DNA from: Mytilus trossulus
Lineage: Eukaryota
Direction of reading: 5' to 3'
Assembly: GCF_036588685.1 (NCBI RefSeq)
Contig: NC_086378.1
Location: 60,078,001 to 60,142,000, forward strand
Length of the DNA: 64,000 nt
Below the pieces are notes generated by a model. The model made no database searches, was not told where the DNA came from, and saw only the letters and a list, made by a program, of their open reading frames with translations. Below, in pieces: positions 50,901-62,169 of the stretch (positions are counted from its first letter, which is position 1; every line of letters starts with the position of its first letter). Made by a program: the position numbers and the translations under genes.

Positions 50901-53518
50901 AATGTTTCAAAGTCTTCTATTGGACCTGTAAATGTAAGTATATAACGTCAGATTTATTTGGTACATGGATTTGATATTTAACAGATTGTTACTCTTCATA
51001 TCTACACAAGACAGATCTTGAAAGCTGGGTGCATGTAAAATTCAAATAGATTCTGCACGGAGTTTGATACAATGTTTCTCAACTTGACATGTTGAATTCT
51101 TAAAGCAAGGACCATTTTTTTTTAAAGATTCGCTGGTTAATCTGTTTCTCTAATGAGTCTTTACGATATGAATACACACTTAAAAAAAGTGATAAATCGG
51201 CTAAGAATTGGTGAAATCCATCGCATGCTTCGTTGTATGATGATGTTAATGATACAAAAAAAATGTTTTGTTACTACAAATGTACGGCATACGTTCATGA
51301 AAAAAATATAAATACCGAACTCGATAGTTATTATAAAAAAGGGACAAAAACTGTCAAAATCAAAATTAAATATCCAATGCTCACTTACTGTTTTATGTAA
51401 GAAGGAATACGCATTCGTAGCTTCCGTTGTCAAATTTCTCATCAGAAACACACTCTTTGACCCTTCGTGTGATCATACATATCTCATATCTATATCATAT
51501 GACCTGCTTGAAAAGTATTGATGAAATTAAAGAACGACAACAGCGGAACTGACTATAAAAACAAAGTGAATTAATGAGTTACAATGCATTTTCTTGAACC
51601 CTGTTTTACCTTAATTGCATCTGATTATTCTATTGCAAATCAATATTTCTTTTTTTCCCCTAAGGTTTAAAATTGAAAACGGGATTTCATCCTATAAAAA
51701 ATGAAAAAAAAACCAAAATACCGAACTACGAGTAAAATTAAAAACGGAAAGTCCGTAATCAAATGACAAAATCAAGAGCTTAAACTCATCAAACGTCACA
51801 CATGTACTTCTGATTTGATACAGGCACTATTCTGAAGTAAAAAAATGGTGGATCGAACCTGGTTAAATAGATAACTAAACTTCTTTCTTGCATGACAGTC
51901 GCTTAAAATTCCATTATATTGGCAGTTTATTTTACTTGAATGTATGCTTCTTCCATTTCTGAAAGACACTCAAACGGTCATGGATATATAGTTAATATTA
52001 GTTTTATTCAAAACAGTTTGTATCAACATTTGTTACAGGAAAAAGCTTTACAGTTCCTAGTAGACAGTGCTATTAAAACAACAATAACACCAATGTTAAA
52101 TGGTGAGTAGAAGATAGTGATATGTCATTAGAAATACTATTATGAAACATCTAATATAAGTAAATATAGTAACTCTAAATACCACACCTCAACTTTCAAT
52201 GATTTTTTTCAAATCTTAAAACATAAGGCAAAAACAAACACATAAACAAAACATTTTATTTCTTTGTTTTTACTCGAACGTGTAGATGTATTTTACTGTC
52301 AAAATGTCATTATTGCTGATTTTAATAATATATATGTTAACAGAGTAATACATGCGTTGAAGAGTTACTTTCTAATAAATTTATGTTTTATGTTTAATAG
52401 TTATGTATTATTTCAAGTAACTTTTTTTTCTTCAGATCTTGGAACCAAAGGTTTCCCAATGCCGTCGACAGATAATTTAAAATTAAACCAGTTTGATTTT
52501 AAACTTTTACAGGTAAAAAAATAAGGTTGTCAGCTTCCGTAACTCAGGCTAAGATACAAAATGCAAACGTACACGACTTGGCCGTCCTAATAAAAAACAT
52601 CTCTCCGTATTGCAATTCCCAGAAGAGATTACCACAATTAAATTGAAATTCACAAATGTACGAGATAGCACATGATCAAGTAGATAAACAAATATTAAAA
52701 CATTGAGCAATGAGGAATCAGGTGCGATGGTTTCTGTAAGATATTGAATGTACCTCTTGTTCCATATGCTCTCTTCAACGGGTCTTCAATACACGATTTT
52801 TAAAAAAAGAAGACAATTACAAATCTGAAATGTTATTGGTAGTAAAAATACTAAACGTAACATAAAATAAATTTTAACTTTGGTTTTGTTATACTTTCAC
52901 ATATTATTAATTAATTAACAAAGCATTTTAGATTGCATGGATGAATCACACAATGCAGTTCATATTGCAGTAAAAAGATTCGATTACCATGCTTATAGTT
53001 TGGTCAGACAACGCGTGTGTGTTGCATTTTAACGTTGAGTCGTTTGTGTTTTCTCTTATTTTTGAGATATTGAGATAAGACGTGGCACGGTACTTGTCTA
53101 TCAATTTATGTATTTGGTTTTGATGTTATATTAGTTATTCTCGTGGTGTTTTGTCTGTTGCTTGGTCCGTTTCGGTGTTGTGTCGTTGTTCTCCTCTTAT
53201 ATTTAATGCGTTTCCCTCGGTTTTAGTTTGTTACCCCGATTTTGTTTTTTGTCCATGGATTTATGAGTTTTGAACAGCGGTATACTACTGTTGCCTTTAT
53301 TCATCAATAGTGCTCGAATCAATAACGTTGTGAAAGGTCAAAGTTCATTCCTGATTTTCACTAATATATTTATGATACTTTAAAGAATTTGTTTTATTTT
53401 TTAGAATACAATGCTGATTGAAACCAATCTGAAGTACATACCTGAACCTACAAAAATCAAATCGACTGTTCTGAAATTTATCCCGAGAGCTCAATACAAG
53501 TCAATAAACAATGTTTAA
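38914..53518 (+). CDS. BPI/LBP-family protein, paralog 2; 15 exons, 500 aa
   Basis: Exons 38914-39019, 41361-41460, 42236-42367, 43147-43220, 44148-44302, 44630-44693, 45867-45958, 46510-46686, 48105-48173, 48965-49132, 49401-49468, 50891-50933, 52039-52102, 52436-52512, 53405-53518 (sum 1503 nt); same intron phases as paralog 1. Signal peptide then TNPGFRLRITEDGLNY; HYKYKKGFIRFSG, AWIYNLF, LDYRLLAAP, KGFPMP. AATAAA at 53674-53679. Confidence 0.93.
39626..41206. mobile_element. Foldback-type DNA transposon with TACGG...CCGTA termini filled with 20/30-bp satellite (intron 1 of BPI/LBP paralog 2)
   Basis: CCAAC|TACGGGGCGCCGAATGGGACTCTTGTG ... CACAAGAGTCCCATTCGGCGCCCCGTA|CCAAC (27-bp perfect TIR); the interior is built from ACAAAATTGACTTTTGT-type units. 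Confidence 0.9.
39925..40880. repeat. Tandem satellite with alternating 20-bp and 30-bp blocks
   Basis: (CACAAAATTGACTTTTGTTA)n, (AACAAAATTGACAAAATTGACTTTTGTCTC)n, (CACGAAAGTCAATTTTGTCT)n, then a second 30-mer block and (CACAAAAGTCAATTTTGTCT)n. Confidence 0.95.
41950..42103. mobile_element. Short GC-rich MITE (hAT-like termini)
   Basis: CAATT|CAGTGGCGGATCCAG ... CTGGATCCGCCCCTG|CAATT; a decayed relative ends TGGATCCGCCACTG at ~4682-4800. Confidence 0.8.
45052..45320 (+). mobile_element. tRNA-derived SINE with a V-domain-like core (intron 6 of BPI/LBP paralog 2)
   Basis: Pol III A box TGACCGAGTGG 45063-45073, B-box-like GAGTTCAGACC 45122-45132, core GGTGATTTTCACCGGGCACTCCCTACTTCCTCTACCAA ~45200-45238, tail AAGTGGCGTTAAA...(ATCAA)n; TCAATATT on both flanks as a possible TSD. 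Confidence 0.75.
47499..47883. mobile_element. Probable Kolobok-type MITE (TTAA TSD)
   Basis: TTAA|GGATGT ... ACATCC|TTAA; the TIR match is short. Confidence 0.5.
53160..53301 (+). repeat. Interspersed repeat family C; further copies at 55094-55246, 54193-54240 (fragment) and ~50043-50100 (-)
   Basis: Shared ATATTTAATGCGTTTCC...GATTTATGAGTT.TGAACAGCGGTATACTACTGTTGCCTTT. Confidence 0.8.
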
Positions 53519-54239
53519 ATTATGTCATTTGACGATAATATATTGCTTGTGTTGATATAGTCCACATTTTATACAAATCATATTCTACTGTCAAATGTTT
53601 GGAAGCAAATGAATGCCACATTGTATTCTTTACAATCTTACTGAATATGGTAACTTATAAATGCTATTACAGAAATAAAGAATCTTTTATAATGATCAAT
53701 ATTTTCTTTTGCTCACAAATTCAGCCATTTATTGATTTCAAAATTTAATTCTGTTACAACATTTTTATGTTTTTTCAGCCTTCTTTAATATTCGAATTAT
53801 AAAAAAGATCATGCATTTAGATTACGGATTTGTGCATGATAGATTCAAAAACTACTGTCATGAGATATACACGGTAATTGATAGCTTGTTCCTCACGTTT
53901 TACTTCTCGTACGCCATAATGGTGACATGCTGAATGAAGCAGCAGCATACATTTATTTCGTTGATTTAACGTATAATTATATGTAGCAGAAAAATCGAAT
54001 CTGTATCTCATGATCATATGAACATGCTATGACATTGACACCGTTAAATGGATAATTTGAAAGTTCTTGATGAAATATATTCATAGGAACACTTTGGAAG
54101 CACCAAATTTGTAAACCGTTAAAATAATATACTAGCAATGGATCGATTTTGCTGATGGAGGACTGCTGATCATTGATAATATCTTATGCTTAGCTTAGTT
54201 CGTTTCTGTGTGTGTGATATATTTTATTGTTGTGTCGTC

Positions 54240-55092
54240 GGACCAGTGGACTGAAAACTCTACTGGTCCGGCTCCAAATCTACTGGTCCTGCAAAAAGGA
54301 CATTAATTTGACAAACACTAAATAAATATAAATGACAGATATTTAATTTTATTTTGATGCTTTTGTTTACATAAGTTAGACTATAACAAAGGAATAGTCT
54401 TTATTCTGATTTGATAAAGGCTTTGGTAATCTCAATGACCAACCTTTTGAAAACGTTTTGATTTAAAGTTTGAATAATTTTCCCTGCCTTGGATTCCTTA
54501 GGTGCCTTCCTGTCTTTTATTGCCGTAGAGTTTTTGTGCTGTTCTGATTGCTCATGAGCAAGTACAGAATCCAATTTGAAATTTGACGTTCCAGTTACGA
54601 AAATACATTTCCTATCTAGGTCTGTCACTGCTAATTTTTCACATATTGTACAGAAATTCCGATCTACTATATGATGCAACCATTCACAATCTTTTTCCCA
54701 TGATTTTTGGTATTTGCGTTTCCTTTTGTCACTTTCGTATACTTTATGTCGATCTTCCTTTTGAGTTTTAGTTATCTTATTATTTTTGTCCGGCTGTTTA
54801 AAACCTTTCAAAAATTTCCACATGTTATATTGTTGTGAAGAACGCTCACCCGAGATATTAATCCCGAGATATTAATTAACTTGATCAATTGTAATACCCC
54901 CCCCCCCCCAAGTACCGTGTAATTGATTTCACAGGTAAATTGTTTTGTAAACAAACGGAGATTGCGATGCATCAGTGATTTTTATCGACAAATTTCTACT
55001 GGTTCGCCGGACCACCAGCAGACAAAATCTACTAGTCCGACGCAAATTTTAATAGTCCCGGACTACCGGACTAGCGCTAATTTCGACCCATG
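54240..55092 (-). mobile_element. Truncated hAT (Tip100-like) transposon remnant: one terminus, subterminal repeats and the 5' part of the transposase gene
   Basis: Minus-strand end reads CATGGGTCGAAATTAGCGCTAGTCCGG; CTACTGGTCC/GGACCAG subterminal repeats at both 54240-54290 and 54995-55075; contains ORF 54401-54823. Confidence 0.65.
54401..54823 (-). pseudogene. N-terminal fragment of a hAT-type transposase (TTF/ZNF862-like zinc finger), no catalytic domain
   Basis: RKYQKSWEKDCEWL...FCTICEK...FVTGTSNFKLDSVLAHEQSEQH fits the W..WL..FC..C..F..G..NFK...H..S..H finger; the ORF stops after 140 aa. Confidence 0.7.
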
Positions 55093-56958
55093 TGCTTAGT
55101 TCGTTTCTGTGTGTGTTATATTTTATTGTTGGGTCGTCGTTCTCCTTTAATATTTAATGCGTTTCCTTCAGGTTTAGTTTGTAACCCGTATTTGTTTTTT
55201 CTATCGATTTATGAGTTATGAACAGCGGTATACTACTGTTGCCTTTGTATATCACCGGCTCGGTAGGCAGTGATTCAGTTGAGACATAATTTATATAATT
55301 TTTCATTACATTTTCAATTGTAAATTTTGAAATTATCAAGAAAAAAGGCTCTTACTCGCTTAAAGCTAAATTCCTGTAACCTCGCTAGAGCTTTTGGACA
55401 CATGCTTCTCCAGTATTCAAGTACTTATACGTTTTTTCTCATTTGACGTACCTGTTAAAGGTTAATCTAGAAAACTAAAATTGTCAACGATACAATGCTT
55501 ATATTTTGTAAACGCCTGACACGCTACAAAAGACTAATCACTCAAGTTTTTGGTGGTGTTTGTGTTGCAGTCTTTAGTTTTCTATGTTTTGTTTTGCGTT
55601 CTGTAGTCTTTCATTTGATCTTTCTCACTTTTGCCATAGCATTGTCAGTTTATTTACGACACAATTATCTGATTGCTCAACCGTTTGTCCGTCTATCACA
55701 AATGATTTGGTTCATTTAGTTAAACACCCTTGAACATGTTGAATTTGGTAAATGAAACGTGGCATTATAAAACATGTCATGTCATTTGACACAATGTGAA
55801 ACTAGTTTATGTTAAAAGAATTTTTCCCTTTCAGTTAGCATCAGTAAAAACAATCGTTTTATTTTTCTCACTAAACCGTCTGCATTTATGTAATTAATGT
55901 GTAATGTATATTCACCACTGAAAGAAATTGAGTCGCGTGCAAGAAAGAAAACCGAATTGAAAATTTTAAGTCATTAGTTAAAACAAAGTTAAAGTAGAAA
56001 ATCTGAGTTTTAGCTAGCCAACATTGTGCATATATACATTTTTTTACACTTAACGTTTCCGTTCTGTACAATAAGGAATTCATGACTGTCATGTTATTTT
56101 AATATTTTAAAATATTTCAAAGGTTCTTATTTACCCTGTCTCGGTTTCCATTCCTGTATTCTACTTTGTTACTTTAATATACGAGTTAAAAGTTTTAAAG
56201 ATTTTAACACAATAATTGTTTTAGCTAGTGATTTTATTAATCTGAAATTTGAATACATTCTAAACGAACATCAGCCTTTTAAACGGAAACGTACTTTGTT
56301 TGAAAAATAAACTAAAAAAAGCATGTGTTCGAATTTCTACCAAAAATTCACTAATTTTGTCAACTGTTTCTGTATGCAGGAAATTTCATTAACCCTTAGA
56401 AAACTTAGTTGTGTTATGGGTTTTTAATTAAATAATTAAAGCAGTACAGATAGCTAACACAACAAAGACATACCATTATCATACATATATGTAAGTATTC
56501 AGGAACACAGTTAAAATTATTTACTCTTGAAGTATAACATATATAATGCCCAAGGCGGCATTTGCACATGTGCAACTCATTATATGACTGCTGTGCTAAG
56601 AAGAAAAAGATATTTCTTGTATGTAAACAAAACGTCATTACATTAAAATGAAATTTAACAAAAAATCGAACTCGTACTAAAATTTAAATCGGATGATGCC
56701 TTTAAATTCTTAATTGCAAAATCGAAAGCTCATACAATTGGACAAAAATTTAAGCCTGTTATATTCCTGATCTGGTACAGACATTTCCTTATGTTAAAAC
56801 AAACATACCCTATAAAAATGAATTTATGTAGATTTATCAATTATAAAAGGCATTGTTTTAAGCCGAGTGTCCTTTTAAATTTAATAATACATTTTCATAC
56901 ATCACGTTGAACTTAAAATTGCAACAATATATCAACATCACTTAATAATTGTCAAGTT

Positions 56959-57035
56959 CAGGAAGTACTTGATGCATCGTTTATTGCGGAAGTTTGTCAA
57001 TATTTGTCTCATGATCAAAAGTAGGCTGTATAAAA
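56959..57035 (+). promoter_or_regulatory. Proximal promoter of BPI/LBP paralog 3 (ETS x2 + TATA)
   Basis: CAGGAAGTAC from 56959, GCGGAAGTTTGTC 56986-56998, TATAAAA 57029-57035, 44 nt upstream of the ATG. Confidence 0.5.
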
Positions 57036-57072
57036 ACATTAATTATACTTTCAACGGGTAAATCTAAGCAAA

Positions 57073-60000
57073 ATGTTGCAGGCAATAATTTTGACCTGCA
57101 TATTGTTCGCAACTTGCATTAATTCAACCAATCCAGGATTGAGACTTCATATAACGCAGAATGGAATAAATTATGGTATGTATTTTTTAACAAGTAATTA
57201 GATTTGAATTCAAATCTGTTTTATTAAATCTGTCCTATAGATTTATGAAAATTGCAAATGGATTTTGATTCTCAAAATATATGCTGAATGTCTTGGCTTA
57301 CAATTTTAGTTTACAATAAATTCTGTATATCTTAGTTCAAAATATATGTTAGGCTTAAGGTAGAATTGATTTTGAAGGAAGATAGAACTTCATAATTCAA
57401 GTTTATAACATGATAAAAACATAAAACTACTTGGGTTTATGTTCATAGACATCGAAGGTTTCTGCGTGAATGTAGTGCATTTAATGTCATTACACACTTA
57501 GCTTTAAATAGAAAAAATCAAAACTAATTGACACAAAACAAGTTATATAACCAAACAGAACATTAAATAAAAGCAACACATCGTGTTACATGTAAGTTGC
57601 CCAAGTTCATGTTTTCCTTACATGTGAATCAGAGGGTAGAGATATGTGACCTTAGGATTTATATATGAATAATTAGACAGCAGTGGTATCTATTAGTATC
57701 TAAACAAAGACATATCTTTATATTTATACCACCGGAACTAATTACCTAAACGCATGTGTATCAGGCAAATGATATCAAATCGATAGTAAACATACTATGA
57801 ACAATCTGTGATGGATGGCATGATTCCATATCAAGAGTGAATGAATACTCAGGGTTTACTTTAAGCAACTGCATAGTAATGATTCTATAATACGATTTCT
57901 CTAATTCTTACTTGATTTATACTTTTCCTGACCAGTTAATTTGTTTTATTTAATCAATGTGTGGTTTCTTTAATCTCAATTTGCCACTGATAACAATTCG
58001 AATTTGACATCGATTTTTTTTTATTTCCTCTGCAAGTCCATTCTGGCGTCATGAAATAAGGTGACAATGCCTGATGACGTCACAAGACCATTCAAAAAGA
58101 AGGATTACGAGTTACGAGTCTAAAATCATGAGAGAAACAGATTACACAATCAAATCTCTTGCAATACGATATGTATCCATTCTCGACTGTCAAATATCAA
58201 ATATTTTAAAAGCTCGGGAAGCCTCGCGTTTAAAATTTGAAACCAAACTGTCTCAAGCGGCTAAATATCGTATCACAGTTGTTGCAGAGATAGGATCGAT
58301 ATATATGTATATACAGTGTATTGAAGTTTTGGTATTCGTATTTTGAAATTATACCAATTTCTTGAACAGGTTTTATCGAATTTTCCCACTGATGTATGAT
58401 ATTGTTTATTTGACTATACATCGTTATATAATAAACTTAGTGCATTGTGTTTATTTTGATTGTATGTTATTAAATTAAAGCTAATACCGTAGCAGTGGAT
58501 TTAATTTCCAAGACAGTACTAAGTGCTAGAATACCTGATCAAAGTGGATCAGGACATCATGTAGAATATAACATATATGGGTATGTATGTTCATTCAGAG
58601 TTTTCAAGGTACATATATTGTCTAGTGAGCTGAGAGAATAATATAAAATACTTTAAATAAAACGAATAGCATTATAGTTGAAGATTGGTTTAAGAGATAT
58701 CAACTATAATTCTAAGATATGTATACAAGAATGCTTTTAAAATTTGTCGATATTATAAAATTGAGAGAGGAAATGGGGAATGTGTCAAAGCGACAACAAC
58801 CCGACCATAGAGCAGATAACGGCCGAAGGCCACCAATGGGTCTTCAATGTAGTGAGAAACTCCCGTACCCGGAGGTGTTCTTCAGCTTGCCCCTTAAAAA
58901 ATATGTTTACTCGTACAGTGATAATGGACGTCATACTAAACTCGAATTATACACAAGAAACTAAAATTAAAAATCATACAAGATTAACAAAGGCTCGTTA
59001 CTTGGGACAGGCGCAAAATTTCGCGGGGTTAAACATGTTTATAATATCTCAACCCTCCCCTATACCTCTATGTATATTTTCAGAAATAACTCATGCATAA
59101 AAAGTTTTGTCAGTTTTATTCACGTTTGGTAGTTCAATCCGCTGACGTAACATATATAGACACTAAGTCTTCGGGTATCACGGCGAATGTCACTAGTTCT
59201 AAAATAACTGATAAACCCTCCGTTGCACCCCAGTTAACGGTGAGTAGTTGTGCAAAATCGTGACTTTTGTTTGCATTGTGTTTGCACTTTTTTTTCTTTT
59301 GATCACGATGTAGTGTTATCATCTTTAGCTGATAGTTCTTAATTTCTTTGTACTGTTATCCGTTTACCTTAAGCTTGTAGATATAAATAATTTAAACATA
59401 TTTACTAATTATCACTCTTTATTTCATTCAGAATGGTAATCAAAAACTTCCAACTAGGAACTAGCAGTATTAAGCTATCGTCTGGAAGTGACCTCAAATG
59501 GACTACAGCAAACATCGTATTGGAAATTGATGGGAATTTTCACTATAAATACAGATGGCATTTGTAAGTTGTTAATAAATTGTTTTTGAAACTATAAAGT
59601 TTATTCAAACGATCACCATTACATTATATTAAGAGTTTGTTGAGTAACCCATGCTGTAGAAAGAATTCTCTAATTCTTACACAATTTATCCCTTTCCTGA
59701 CATGTTGATGTTTTTTTTAATCAACGTCTAGATCGATAGATCTCAGTTCTTCATTGGTCAAAATTCGATTATGATGTCGAATTTTCTTGCTTTCATCTGA
59801 AGTTCCTAATGTGACGGCACGAAAAAAAGGCGACCACGTATGATGACGTCACAAAGAAAGAGCACATCTTTTTTTAAATCATTTAAAAAAATCGTATTGA
59901 ATTTGTCTGCATATTGTTTAAAAATTATTAGAGAAACAGATTCCACCACCAAATCTCATGTAATACGATATTTATCCACTCTCGACAGTTAAATTTTAAA

Positions 60001-62169
60001 TATCTAAATAGCTCGGCAAGACTCGCGTTTTAAATTTGAAAAACTAAATGTCTCAAGTGGATAAATATCGTATCACACTCGATGCAGTGGAAGAATCTTT
60101 CTTCATCGCTCATTTGTGGCCAATATATATGCTTTATATGAAACATTCAAACTCAACACACCTTCAACGTCCGTAAATATTTTTGAAAAATATTCCCGTT
60201 GTTAAAAAGTAGAGTCACACAAATGGCAAACTCTAATGAAAATTCAAAAAGGAAAGTCCCTAATCAAAGGACAAAATCAAAGGCACAAACAAATAAACTG
60301 TCCTATTCCTGACTTGGTACAGACATTTTCTAATGTAAGAAATTGTAATAAAATTAACGGTACCAATTTTCTCGCACCAAATGCCCATTTCGACAATAAA
60401 AAAACGCAAGGCGGTTTAGGATTTCATATTTTTGCTAGCCCAAAAAATACATAACAAAATTGACGGAACACATGTCCAAATTTTGTATTCATTTAACAGG
60501 TTGTATTGGTTACTGAAACGTACTGAAGTGTTTGTTTATGAAACATTTCTGTTTTGTCCTTTTTTTTAACAACTGTGTTGTCTTTGCAGTATCAAGATAT
60601 CTGACCATGGAAGATTTACAGTTCAGTTTTCAGGGATGTCGTTCAGCGTTGGAATAAATACGGGTAAAAGAAGCCATTCTCAGATATACAATAACTGTTT
60701 TAGATTGCAATCGCAAATAGACATCTCAATAGCACATACATACACATGTTTATAGTATTGTTTATAGGAAATAAAACAAATATTTTCTGTAACGTTCTTT
60801 CAACACTATGTTTTAACCTGGTATTTTATTCTGTCCTTTTAACTGTTTCGAGCGTCACTGATGAGTCTTTCAAGGACGAAACACACGTCTGGTGTACACA
60901 ATTTTTATACCGGATGGACGTTTACAACGTATTAAAAACAATACACATAAAGAATAGAGGGAAAATATTGCAAGGAGTAAAATATCAAACTAACAAAAAC
61001 AGCAAAACCATTCTTATATCTTATATACTATCAGTACATATCCAACCTCCTTGGTTTTATCATAGGCAGAATACTGTGGATCAAATCTCAAGTCGTGTCA
61101 AACCAACCTTGAACATTGGCATGCACAGCTTCTCCGTAAAACACTCGGCATTTATGAGTAGGAAGCAAAGAACGATCATGTAAATGTGTCTAGAATGAAG
61201 TACAACGCAGAAATCATATTCGTATCTCATCACTATAAAATATCTTGGTATACATGTAATATGTTTATTTATTCTCGTTTATAACAAATCCATCTCCTAG
61301 TATATATCTATCAATATACCTTCTTGTTATCACGTCACCTCATAAACCATTAATTACAAAAACGTACTGGTGTAGGTGTTGATGGCAATGGGAGACCAAC
61401 AATTAAATCAGCACAATGCGCATGTAACAGTGGTCATGTGAAGTTCAAATTCCATGGAGGAAGAGCTTGGATCTACAATACGTTTGCAGGGAAAGTTTCT
61501 AAGGCTATTAGTAAACAGTTTCAGGAAAAGGTACACATAAAGCGCATTCTTTTCAATACGATTATTTACATTTGATTTACTGAAAATCTTTTTTTATTTT
61601 CAATTGACTCATATCATCATGTATTATTTTGCTCCACATTTAAAGAAACATCGATCTCTTTGACATTTTTTAATATTGACTTAGATTTGACAGTTTAAGA
61701 ATACTGCAAACAAACAAATTTTTGCGAGCTATTTGTAATCATGAATTTCGCTAGTAGAAAAAATACACGAATATAAATCGTCGCGAATAAGTAACACTTG
61801 GATCTTTCCTTTTTGAACTACATCAAACAAGTAAGTAAATTACGAAATTAAATAACCGAGAAGTGAACAAGAAAATGTTAAACACGAAATAAAGTAGCCG
61901 CAAAACTAACTTGGTTTATAAGATATTTTTGACGAAGATTAAATTATGTAAATTAGAAAATTTAGAAATCTTGTCTTCACAATTATGTTCCAGTTCAATA
62001 TTGCAAAAGAAAAAAAAAAGAAAGAAGCGTTCTGATTTTTTTTATCGTTTTACTCAGTTCTTTTAAAAATACTAAATGCGGCAATAAACTGGAATTTTAT
62101 TACAGATGTGTGGAATAGTTCAAAATCTCATTAATAATAATGCACAGAAGAGTCTTTCAACTATGAAAG
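57073..62169 (+). CDS. BPI/LBP-family protein, paralog 3; first 6 exons (N-terminal domain), presumably continuing beyond the window
   Basis: Exons 57073-57175, 58481-58580, 59432-59563, 60590-60663, 61376-61530, 62106-62169; sizes 103/100/132/74/155/64 match paralogs 1 and 2. Signal peptide then TNPGLRLHITQNGINY; GRPTIKSAQCAC, AWIYN, MCGIVQNLI. No exon 7 found before 64000. Confidence 0.9.
58050..58300 (+). repeat. Crypton-like palindromic interspersed repeat; second copy at ~59720-60100
   Basis: Both copies share AGAGAAACAGATT...AATACGATAT..ATCCA.TCTCGAC...GCTCGG.AAG.CTCGCG...GTCTCAAG.GG.TAAATATCGTATCAC, an internal inverted repeat around a small GC hairpin. The class assignment is inference. 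Confidence 0.6.
58757..59068 (+). repeat. Interspersed repeat family B (GGAAATGGGGAATGTGTCAAAG... type)
   Basis: Reverse-complement copy at ~8765-8948; 5' fragments at ~590-635 and ~10525-10577. Confidence 0.8.
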
